Source of the DNA: a virus
Lineage: Duplodnaviria > Caudoviricetes
IMG/VR virus record: IMGVR_UViG_3300032320_002037
Span: 1-43,929 of that record
Length of the DNA stretch: 43,929 nt
Direction: 5' to 3' (one strand)
Shown here one piece after another: positions 35,924 through 43,615 of the stretch. Made by a program: the position numbers and the translations under genes. The notes below the pieces were generated by a model. It did not search any database and was not told where the DNA came from. It saw only the letters and a program-made list of their open reading frames with translations. Numbering within the stretch: position 1 is the stretch's first letter; every line of letters starts with the position of its first letter.

Positions 35924-37516
35924 TTAATCCTCAACGGTGATTTCGTAGAGGGTTTCCTTCGCGCGGGTGATAGCAACGTAGATGAGGTTTTGTTCTTGCT
36001 CTTCCATCCAGGGTTGTGTGGCAAATTGAGATGGCATCCAAGCATTGCGGCCGAGGAGATAGACCGTGGGCCATTCGAGACCTTTGGACTTGTGGACGGA
36101 GGAGAGGGTTAGCTTGGAGGGTTTGGTTGGATCGTAGTCGGAGAAGACAGACTCGATTTGGTTGTAGAGTTGGGTGATGGAAAGGACGGAAGGTAAGCGG
36201 AGGATGGATTCAATGGCAGAGATTTTGTCAAAGAGAAGGTCATATTTGTAAGGGGAGAGCTTGGAAGATTGCTCTCGGAGATGGGTGGTGAGGTTAGCAG
36301 CGAGCTTTTGTTTAGAGTCGGATGGTTCGCTGTGCTTTTTGCATAGGCGGATGAGTTCCTGGCCGATGTCCCGGCCTTCGATGCGGCAAGGGATTTGTTT
36401 TTCGAGAAGCTGGAAGGCTAGGGAGATTAGCGGCGCGTTCTTGCGGCAGAGGATAGCGGAGTGAGAGAGGTCAGGGAGTTGTTGGTCGAAGAGGTTGGAA
36501 TGGAAGTTGTATTCGGGCATTTGTAGGTTGACCGCGCCTTCGATTGCACCCGTGCGGGCTTGGATGTGCGGGACGATGGATTGAGCATGGCGGATGACAG
36601 CTTTGGAACAGCGGAAGCAAGTGGAGAGCGGGAGTTCTTGGGCGGAGAATTCACGCTTGAGAATGTCAAGAGCGTCGTTGTCAGCGCCGGTGAAACCGTA
36701 GATGGCTTGGTGACGATCGCCGACTGCGATGAGGCGGCCATCGAGAGGGATTTCGTCAGTGTTGGATTTACGAAGCATCCTCCTAGCAACCTCGCGACGG
36801 GTTGCATTGGTATCCTGAGCCTCGTCAATGAAGACAAAGTCGAACTGTGGGAAGGAAAGGTTGTGTTTAAGTGGAAACCAAATCATATCTCCGAAGTCAA
36901 TTTTATCGGTATTCTGGGTTGACAGACGGAAGAGGTCGGCGCAAAGGTTCATGAAGCCACCGAGCGGGAGCTTCTCTTCGTCCCAGGAGATGTCGTGGTA
37001 GTCGATGAGCTTGCGCCACTCGGCGGCGGTGTTAGGGTAGAAGAGTTCCATGCCGGTGTCTTTGGCGATGGAGACAGCTTGGCAGATGGGTGGGGAGAAT
37101 TTGTAGGTGAGACGGAAGGATTTGAGGAGTGGGTCGAGGAGGTCGGAGAGCTTGTAGGAGTTGGGTTTGCGGGAGCCGAAGTGGGATTTGAAGGCGGAGA
37201 AGGCAAAGCCGTGGACTGTGTTGACTTCGGTGTTGCGGATGTTCTTTGTGCGGACACGTTCTTTGAGCTCATCGCGGACTTTGGCGTTGAAGGACATGAG
37301 AGCGCAGCGAGCGGATGGGAAGTGATGGTTGATGGCGATCAGCATCTCGATGATTGTGAAGGTCTTGCCGGAGCCGGCGACAGCTTCGAGGATGAGGTTG
37401 CCGGTGGATTGGGATGTCCAGGTGACTGCGGCTTGCTGCTCGGAGGTTAGGGAGGAGGACGGGACTGGGAGCGGGAGAGCTGGAGGGGTGAGGGATGGGG
37501 AGAAGGATATGTTCAT
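35924..37516 (-). CDS. UvrD/Rep-like SF1 helicase
   Basis: AVAGSGKT, FIDEAQD, VGDRHQAIYGF, FRC, SVHKSKGLEW, YVAITRAK. Confidence 0.92.
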   Translation of the reverse strand: MNISFSPSLTPPALPLPVPSSSLTSEQQAAVTWTSQSTGNLILEAVAGSGKTFTIIEMLIAINHHFPSARCALMSFNAKVRDELKERVRTKNIRNTEVNTVHGFAFSAFKSHFGSRKPNSYKLSDLLDPLLKSFRLTYKFSPPICQAVSIAKDTGMELFYPNTAAEWRKLIDYHDISWDEEKLPLGGFMNLCADLFRLSTQNTDKIDFGDMIWFPLKHNLSFPQFDFVFIDEAQDTNATRREVARRMLRKSNTDEIPLDGRLIAVGDRHQAIYGFTGADNDALDILKREFSAQELPLSTCFRCSKAVIRHAQSIVPHIQARTGAIEGAVNLQMPEYNFHSNLFDQQLPDLSHSAILCRKNAPLISLAFQLLEKQIPCRIEGRDIGQELIRLCKKHSEPSDSKQKLAANLTTHLREQSSKLSPYKYDLLFDKISAIESILRLPSVLSITQLYNQIESVFSDYDPTKPSKLTLSSVHKSKGLEWPTVYLLGRNAWMPSQFATQPWMEEQEQNLIYVAITRAKETLYEITVED

Positions 37517-37519
37517 GGG

Positions 37520-37708
37520 TTAGTTTGATGAATCGGTTTCGAGGAATTCTTTGGTTTCGTGACAGACTTCGAGGGTGTAACCGGGAGAGGTGGAAACGGT
37601 TTCCCAGGTTAGAGAGCGATAGCGGGTCCAGAAGGATGGGTTAGATTGGTGTTGGTTAGACCAGCCGAGGGATCGGTAGCCGAGGGAGCGGAGTTGGGAT
37701 GGGGTCAT
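37520..37708 (-). CDS. Hypothetical protein
   Basis: 62 aa from ATG at 37708. Confidence 0.55.
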   Translation of the reverse strand: MTPSQLRSLGYRSLGWSNQHQSNPSFWTRYRSLTWETVSTSPGYTLEVCHETKEFLETDSSN

Positions 37709-37710
37709 GG

Positions 37711-38064
37711 TTACCAAAGGTTGAGGGTTTTGCCGAGAGCTTCGGCGCGTTGGGCGGCGGTGGCATGGATGTTCAGGAACTGGTCATCCAAGTCAACTGT
37801 TGGACTGGTATCCAGAACTTGCGCCAATATGAACGCATATAATCGGGTTTGCTTTTCTCCAAGGGTTGATTCCAATTCATGCACCGCGTTGAGGTCGTTG
37901 AAGTAGTCGGGAAGCTGTTCCGGCGTTGCAATGGTGTAGCTTTCCGCATGGCGAAACCATATATCACCATTAAAGAAGCGTGCCGCAGGGCCAACATTTT
38001 CGGAAGGGTAAGGCTTCCATCCAGCAACCTCAGCCAGCTTAATTCGTTTTTGTTCTTGTGTCAT
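37711..38064 (-). CDS. Phage ABA-sandwich-like protein
   Basis: LAEVAGW..LPDYFNDLNAVHELE..ATAAQRAEA; ATG at 38064. Confidence 0.6.
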   Translation of the reverse strand: MTQEQKRIKLAEVAGWKPYPSENVGPAARFFNGDIWFRHAESYTIATPEQLPDYFNDLNAVHELESTLGEKQTRLYAFILAQVLDTSPTVDLDDQFLNIHATAAQRAEALGKTLNLW

Positions 38065-38068
38065 GGTG

Positions 38069-38518
38069 TCAAAATGTCGGGTTGCAGTTGGTGCGGAGAT
38101 AGTCGGCTTGCCTGTTTTTGGTGGCGTAGGCGTCGAAGTAGGCGGTGGTGCGGGCTGCGTAGGCAGCGTCGTAGTCGGTGACGGCGGCGACCTCGATAAG
38201 TTCGTCAAAGCGGGCGGCGGCGGAAAGCTCTGCATCCGTGGCCTGCCCGTTTGCGTGCCGCTCGGCGACGTTCACCGCCTCCACGCTGCGAGGGTCTGGC
38301 GAGGGTAGCAGCGCGAGAGCTTCGCGAGCGCAGAACACGGCAAACAACCGCAACTCTTTATCCGTGAGCACGCCGTGGCGGGTGGCGATCCAGACCACCC
38401 AATCGGGGCGGGCCTTATCCCATGCCTCGCGCATGGTCTGGCAGTTTTTGACGGCCCCTTCGCGGCCATCTTGGCAGGCGTTATGGATAGAACAGAACTT
38501 TTCGATTTGTGCTTTCAT
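38069..38518 (-). CDS. Imm5-like alanine-rich helical protein
   Basis: LRLFAVFCAREAL..DPRSVEAVNVAER..ATDAELSAA; ATG at 38518. Confidence 0.55.
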   Translation of the reverse strand: MKAQIEKFCSIHNACQDGREGAVKNCQTMREAWDKARPDWVVWIATRHGVLTDKELRLFAVFCAREALALLPSPDPRSVEAVNVAERHANGQATDAELSAAARFDELIEVAAVTDYDAAYAARTTAYFDAYATKNRQADYLRTNCNPTF

Positions 38519-38522
38519 GGTG

Positions 38523-39464
38523 TCATGGTGCGGTGATAAAAGGTTTGAGTTTGTCGAGGGCTTGCTGATCTGGATACGGGGATGCCTTGATGGCATCATA
38601 CGCCTCCTGTATCGCCTCGCGCAGGTCTTCGTTCTCGGCTCGCAAACCGGCAACTTCGGCCTCGAATCCGGCGAGCTTGTATCCTGCCTCGTTGCACCGC
38701 GAGCACGACACTGTGCGGCCTGACAGGGCTTCGCGGAGTTCGTCTCGCTCGCGTTCGAGCTTGCGGGCTTTGAGGACGCCTTTGATGATAAGGTCGACGT
38801 CGTTGTCCGCGTGGCTACACGGGGGACCGTCATCTGGTTTGATGCGGTAGGTGTCTGGTGGATACTTCCAGCTTAGATGCTGGCAGTCAATCCAATTCTC
38901 GATGCCCTTAACTTGAATTACTTTCCCCGCCGCGTGGGCTGCCTTCAGTTCAGCGTAGGGGTCCACGAAGTCGGCGTAGCGCCAGCCGATGATTAGGTGG
39001 TGATCTGCGAGCTGCTTGCCTTTTTCAACCTTCCAGTGCAATCCGCACGCTTTGCCTTTGCCCCCAACTAGGCCGTTGCCGAGCAGGAACTCAACCATCC
39101 GTTCCCCATCGCACGGCATAGGGTCTCCAGCGCGGTGCCACGTCCATTCGTGGCCTCCATGCGTGAAGGTCAGCGGGCGAGTGGTGCGGAGGTGGTCTTC
39201 AACCGCATCCGCCATGATCGCATTTACCAGATTCACCCATCTGCCTATATAAAGCTGCTGCGTTTGATTGGTAGAGTGCTCATCGAAGCACAGCGGCCGC
39301 ATGCCCGGTGGCAGCATCTCGACTGTCCACCCGTCCTCGCGGTGCCACTTCATGCCGGGCGGTGGTGTGGGGAGGTTGAAGGACGCGGGCTGCTCGGCGT
39401 CCTTTACCGAGTCGAGTTCGTCCGCAAGAGCGCGGATTTTTTTGGTGATGTCGTGGATGTTCAT
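38523..39464 (-). CDS. Modular hypothetical protein
   Basis: 313 aa, Trp-rich short modules plus a C-terminal coiled coil. Confidence 0.7.
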   Translation of the reverse strand: MNIHDITKKIRALADELDSVKDAEQPASFNLPTPPPGMKWHREDGWTVEMLPPGMRPLCFDEHSTNQTQQLYIGRWVNLVNAIMADAVEDHLRTTRPLTFTHGGHEWTWHRAGDPMPCDGERMVEFLLGNGLVGGKGKACGLHWKVEKGKQLADHHLIIGWRYADFVDPYAELKAAHAAGKVIQVKGIENWIDCQHLSWKYPPDTYRIKPDDGPPCSHADNDVDLIIKGVLKARKLERERDELREALSGRTVSCSRCNEAGYKLAGFEAEVAGLRAENEDLREAIQEAYDAIKASPYPDQQALDKLKPFITAP

Positions 39465-39505
39465 GTTAATGGTGAATGATTGGTTTTGAAATTAAAACAG
39501 TTGGA

Positions 39506-40138
39506 TTAATAAGCCCATTTGGCGTCTCCTAGAATCTCATCCGAGTCAGACCACCATTCATCTAGCTGTGCATTGGTGGCAACGCTCCAATCTGGGATGG
39601 CTGAAGGGGCGTCTTTGCTGGTGAGAGAAAGCGGAAGCCACTTGAGGCGGTTGTTTGGGTAAATGGCAATCTGGCCGTTGGATAGCTTGATGACGTTGGC
39701 CTCTTTGTGTTCTTCGAGCAGTTCGGAGTCGCCTACGTCGAGGATGCCGCTGGGCTGGCCTTCTGGAAGATAGTCGATGGTGAACCAGTAATGGCCGCCA
39801 ATAGGTGGATTGCCTTTGCCCAGGTTGACGAGAACCGGCACGTCGGAGAGTTGATCCTTGCGCCAGAGTTCGACGGAGCCAGACAGGCATTCCCACATTT
39901 GGACTTTGTGAAGCGGAAGGGCCTTGTGATCTTCGTCTGGCTCAAACCAATAGACGCACTGCGGCGGGATCTTGTCATAGCAGGCGGCGTATTTCTCGAT
40001 CCATGCTTGGAAGCAGAATGGGCGGTTTCGCATGGCGCGGACTGAAACGAGCCAAGCGGGTTCAAATTCATCCACAGGACCGCCGAAGGCGTCACAGCGG
40101 ATAAAGATCTTTGTCTTTGGGAGGTTGATGTTTCTCAT
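39506..40138 (-). CDS. Conserved-looking hypothetical phage protein
   Basis: 210 aa; QMWEC, YWFTIDY, EHK, NGQIAIYPNNRLKW motifs. Confidence 0.7.
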   Translation of the reverse strand: MRNINLPKTKIFIRCDAFGGPVDEFEPAWLVSVRAMRNRPFCFQAWIEKYAACYDKIPPQCVYWFEPDEDHKALPLHKVQMWECLSGSVELWRKDQLSDVPVLVNLGKGNPPIGGHYWFTIDYLPEGQPSGILDVGDSELLEEHKEANVIKLSNGQIAIYPNNRLKWLPLSLTSKDAPSAIPDWSVATNAQLDEWWSDSDEILGDAKWAY

Positions 40139-40142
40139 AGGA

Positions 40143-40421
40143 TTATTGACATGATGTTGTTTTAGTAATGCGATGCAGGCCAGAGCCGCGCCCAGTTAGC
40201 TTGCCATAGGGGTTGTAATAGCGATGGGAGTCGAATTGGGTTTGGGATAGGATTTGAATTGTCGGTGCTGTTTTACCTTCCCAGATCATAACACCGCGCG
40301 GGAGCGGTTTGTTGCGTTGGGTGAGGTTAGCGCATTGGGCACAGATACGCGAGTTTAACAGGGAAACACGTTCTGGCTCTACTGGGCGGGAACAACCGCA
40401 AAGGATGGTAGGTGAGGTCAT
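40143..40421 (-). CDS. DksA/TraR-like C4 zinc-finger protein
   Basis: CGCSRPVEPERVSLLNSRICAQC. Confidence 0.55.
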   Translation of the reverse strand: MTSPTILCGCSRPVEPERVSLLNSRICAQCANLTQRNKPLPRGVMIWEGKTAPTIQILSQTQFDSHRYYNPYGKLTGRGSGLHRITKTTSCQ

Positions 40422-40696
40422 GGTTCGTCGAATTGCACGGGTTTGGAGTTAATTGGAAGCAGGTCAATTTTCACCGCGAGTTTGTTCACGAGGATGGATT
40501 GGCCACCCGCTAGTTGATAAAAAGAACAAATCCCGGAGAAGATGTTGAGAATTGCGTGGTGGTATTTAATCCCGTGATAAGTAATCATCGGGAAGGTAAT
40601 GTTGCCGTCGTCGGTATGAATGAGCTCATCGCGGCGTGCAGCCTCGGTGTAAGAATCGACAGAGAATAGTTGGGAAGAGATGGAGGAAGGGTTCAT
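40418..40696 (-). CDS. Hypothetical protein
   Basis: 92 aa, ATGA-coupled. Confidence 0.6.
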   Translation of the reverse strand: MNPSSISSQLFSVDSYTEAARRDELIHTDDGNITFPMITYHGIKYHHAILNIFSGICSFYQLAGGQSILVNKLAVKIDLLPINSKPVQFDEP

Positions 40697-40860
40697 TGCT
40701 GTGGGGTGGTGAGGAGCTTGATCAGAACGTCACGAGCTTTTTGTTTTGTTGCAAGAGTGTCTAAGTTTGTGCGAATTAGATCATGGTCATCAAGCCGGTC
40801 GTCGATTGCGGCGTCGATATAGTTAATAAGAGCTTGAATTTGAGCGATTGATAGGTTCAT
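40693..40860 (-). CDS. Small hypothetical protein, 55 aa (absent from the ORF track)
   Basis: MNLSIAQIQALINYIDAAIDD...; coupled on both sides. Confidence 0.6.
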   Translation of the reverse strand: MNLSIAQIQALINYIDAAIDDRLDDHDLIRTNLDTLATKQKARDVLIKLLTTPQQ

Positions 40861-41063
40861 TATTTTGTGAACTGGTAAGATTTTTTCAACTGATTAAACG
40901 TGAACCTGCGTCCGTCTTGAAGCTGACCGCCGGTCACGAAGCCTTGGGAATCCCGGCTTACCGAGCGATATTCCACGCCGAATTTATGCCATTGATCGGA
41001 GGGAATGCGGGCGAGCTGGTTGAGATTTACCAGGGTGGGTTTGGTTAGGATGAGTAGGCTCAT
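40860..41063 (-). CDS. Hypothetical protein
   Basis: 67 aa, coupled. Confidence 0.55.
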   Translation of the reverse strand: MSLLILTKPTLVNLNQLARIPSDQWHKFGVEYRSVSRDSQGFVTGGQLQDGRRFTFNQLKKSYQFTK

Positions 41064-41224
41064 GGCTGTGGTTTAGGTGTCATTTTGTCAATCTTCTCAA
41101 CAAGCTTTTCAATTTGTGGAAAGTAAGAAGTTGGGACCATGCACATGACTGGGATCATGGTTATGGCTCTCGTTGCAAAGGCTAATACTTTGCGGAGTTC
41201 TTGGTTTTCTTCTTCAAGGCTCAT
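41060..41224 (-). CDS. Small hypothetical protein, 54 aa (absent from the ORF track)
   Basis: MSLEEENQELRKVLAFATRA...; ATGA-coupled on both sides. Confidence 0.6.
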   Translation of the reverse strand: MSLEEENQELRKVLAFATRAITMIPVMCMVPTSYFPQIEKLVEKIDKMTPKPQP

Positions 41225-41466
41225 GGCTGTGGGAAATCAAGGGTTGCAAGCAGGCGTTGTGCGCGGTTAATGGTTTTCTGGGAGACCTCGTTCGCGTGGT
41301 CGAGGAACTCATGCCACATCGTGTGGGCGGCTTCGCTGGACTGGCAGGAGGAAATGCGGTCGAGAATGCCAGGTTTGCGCTGTGCGACTAGGTGTTTGAC
41401 CAGCTCACCGGGGAGATGAGGCAGTTCGGATTTTGTTGCGTTAGAGTTATGCATGTAGTTTGTCAT
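41221..41466 (-). CDS. Hypothetical protein
   Basis: 81 aa, coupled. Confidence 0.55.
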   Translation of the reverse strand: MTNYMHNSNATKSELPHLPGELVKHLVAQRKPGILDRISSCQSSEAAHTMWHEFLDHANEVSQKTINRAQRLLATLDFPQP

Positions 41467-41552
41467 TGTCGTGGATTTAAGGTTATCTCAAATGGAGCTT
41501 CTCGTCAGGAAGGTTTGCTCAAGTCCTTCGACCCGCGTGGGCGGGTTTCGAT

Positions 41553-41999
41553 TTACATCGGCACAGCTTTTTCAAGCTCTACTGGAGTCCAGTAGGTTTG
41601 AAACTTGTCGAGGAAGAAAGCCTTGCGGTCTTCCAGCTCGCGGATTTCAGCTTGTTTAGCTGTGATCTTGCGGTCGATGATTTTGCAGAACTCGGTTTTA
41701 TCCAGCGCCGCGTGGTCATCGTCCAAAGCAACTACCATCTGATAGTCCTCGGTTTTCTCGTTGATATAAACAAAGTTTACCGTAGCGTCGGAATAGCTCA
41801 AGTCAACCGCTGCGACAATGATCGTCGGAAGATCTTTAAAAGGCTCGAAGCCGATGATAATGCCGTGGAGAACCTTGTGACTAGTGTATTCCTTCTTCAA
41901 GAGCTTTACCCTTGAACCTACCTTTATAACATCTGCGCGGACAGCCACGCGGGTATCAAGTTCCATCTTCTGTCCTCTGATTTCGATCTGGTTTGTCAT
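41553..41999 (-). CDS. Hypothetical protein (SH3-like beta region plus coiled coil)
   Basis: 148 aa, IKVGSRVKLL, AC-rich leader. Confidence 0.7.
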   Translation of the reverse strand: MTNQIEIRGQKMELDTRVAVRADVIKVGSRVKLLKKEYTSHKVLHGIIIGFEPFKDLPTIIVAAVDLSYSDATVNFVYINEKTEDYQMVVALDDDHAALDKTEFCKIIDRKITAKQAEIRELEDRKAFFLDKFQTYWTPVELEKAVPM

Positions 42000-42024
42000 A
42001 GTTTTGTTTGGTTTGTTGGTTCCT

Positions 42025-42171
42025 TTACGCGGTTAGAAAATGCCGTCCTGGCTCAACTGTCACTACCCTCGGCCAGCCTTTGATTCCATGCTTTTTGAAG
42101 AAATCACAAGCGTGCCTGCGGGAGACTTTAATCTCATTTAGCTGCTCTTGGTTAATGTTAACGTTTTTCAT
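42025..42171 (-). CDS. Small hypothetical protein (absent from the ORF track)
   Basis: MKNVNINQEQLNEIKVSRRHACDFF...; alternative start at 42186. Confidence 0.45.
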   Translation of the reverse strand: MKNVNINQEQLNEIKVSRRHACDFFKKHGIKGWPRVVTVEPGRHFLTA

Positions 42172-42323
42172 GGGACTAGATGCCATTGTGTTTTATCGGT
42201 TTGTTGTTTTGTTGTCTGCTCCTTGGCGATTGAATAAATCAACCAAGCCCAGAGAAATACATGCAAGATGAAGAGCACTTCAGCGATGCGACGAATTGGA
42301 TTGTTGTCGTTAAAAGGTTTCAT
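42168..42323 (-). CDS. Small single-TM early protein, 51 aa (absent from the ORF track)
   Basis: MKPFNDNNPIRRIAEVLFILHVFLWAWLIYSIAK... Confidence 0.5.
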   Translation of the reverse strand: MKPFNDNNPIRRIAEVLFILHVFLWAWLIYSIAKEQTTKQQTDKTQWHLVP

Positions 42324-42352
42324 GGGTGGGTAAGTGGAGGTTACCGATGAGG

Positions 42353-42565
42353 TTAGGTTAGCTCTTCAAAGGTTGTTTTTATCTCCCGCTCGTTTCGTGT
42401 GATTCTGTAAGCGGGTGAGGGAAAGCCTTGTTTAAGGGCTATTGCGATAGCTGTGGCTTCTCTCGGCTCCATCCATTCCGTGCGGAAGAAGAACCGATAG
42501 AGTTCTCTGGTTCCAAAGTCGAATGTTGCTTCTAGGCGGGATATTGAAAATTGAACAGTGGTCAT
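42353..42565 (-). CDS. Hypothetical protein
   Basis: 70 aa. Confidence 0.6.
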   Translation of the reverse strand: MTTVQFSISRLEATFDFGTRELYRFFFRTEWMEPREATAIAIALKQGFPSPAYRITRNEREIKTTFEELT

Positions 42566-42570
42566 AATGG

Positions 42571-43092
42571 TTAAACGAGGTGCTTGATGTCTTCCTTGGG
42601 CCCGTTGAGCTTGCTCTCGATCAGCGCCATGATGAGGCCTGATTTGTCGCGTCGCACGCTTTCAGGCAGAGCCAGGATTGCCGGTAAACCTAGCTCTTTC
42701 AAGGTCTTCCGCACCCCGCCGAGGAGGAAGAACTTCCGAACCAAGGCTTTGTCTGCGGTGTGAAACAGCAGCTCTTTAATCTGGCCTTTGACTTTTTCGA
42801 GCTTTTTAACCTCGCTGTCGGTTGCCCCGTCCCAGAACCAATGCCGTTGCTTGTCGGGTAGTGAATGCCCTGTGGCACCTCTTAGGCCACATTTAATCGG
42901 AGCCTGGGAAAGCTCAAAGGCTCGTGAGTTTCGCTCACGCTGATGGCTGATTCTGACTGATTCCCGAATGATGGTTTGTGACACCTGCCGGATTTTGTCT
43001 TCTAGCAGTGCGCGGACAAGGGGATCAGATTCTGTCTCATAGCGAGATTTCAGACTCGCTTCTAGTTTCTTGGCTTCGATGATGGTAGTCAT
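42571..43092 (-). CDS. Hypothetical basic early protein
   Basis: 173 aa. Confidence 0.65.
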   Translation of the reverse strand: MTTIIEAKKLEASLKSRYETESDPLVRALLEDKIRQVSQTIIRESVRISHQRERNSRAFELSQAPIKCGLRGATGHSLPDKQRHWFWDGATDSEVKKLEKVKGQIKELLFHTADKALVRKFFLLGGVRKTLKELGLPAILALPESVRRDKSGLIMALIESKLNGPKEDIKHLV

Positions 43093-43232
43093 TGATTTTT
43101 GGCGTTGATCGAGCTTTGACGAGGCTCTAGGCTCGCCAGTGAGGACACTGGGAAAGGGGTGGGGAAGGGTGGGTTACCGATAGGGCGGGCGGGAAAAGGG
43201 GAAGCATGAAAAGGCGAAAGTCAAATGAATAA

Positions 43233-43528
43233 GAAAACCCCCTAGCCGGGAGCCGCAGCTAAGTCGCCGCCGCAAGTGGGGGGGGGGGGTAAATGGGAGA
43301 GAGTAAATTTGATTTCAAATTAATTTAGTGACCACCTCTTGCCCCCCCCCTTTCTGCGGCGACTAAGCGGAGGCTGGGTTTTTCGCATTCGGGCTGCATT
43401 GGCATTTCATGCCCTGTTTAACGGGCCGCCGGGTTTTAGGGGTGAACATAGCCGCGAAGCCCCGGAAGCCCCTGAAAACCATGCAAACGGCCGCAAATAG
43501 GCAAAGGCCAAAAAAGGCCCCGCCAATG
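43233..43528. other. Non-coding region with two long imperfect inverted repeats (candidate origin/terminus or structured RNA)
   Basis: agtcgccgc/gcggcgact and G12/C9 arms around an AT palindrome; cattggc/gccaatg and ggttttagggg/cccctgaaaacc. Confidence 0.5.
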
Positions 43529-43567
43529 AGCCAAGATTTTCTAACATTTATAAGGGGAAACAGATTT

Positions 43568-43600
43568 GAAGGCACTAGGAACTAAATCCCTAGTGCCTTC
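43568..43600. terminator. Perfect 12-bp hairpin downstream of the junction ORF
   Basis: gaaggcactagg/cctagtgccttc; no clear U tract. Confidence 0.45.
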
Positions 43601-43615
43601 CGTATCTATTACCAA

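Noticed and set aside
38065-38833. Long N-terminal extensions of ORFs 37711-38235 and 38069-38833
   Set aside because: They overlap upstream genes; true starts at 38064 and 38518 follow the TGACACCATG junctions
43363-43575. 70-aa ORF in the hairpin region
   Set aside because: Non-ATG start, coincides with inverted repeats, no support
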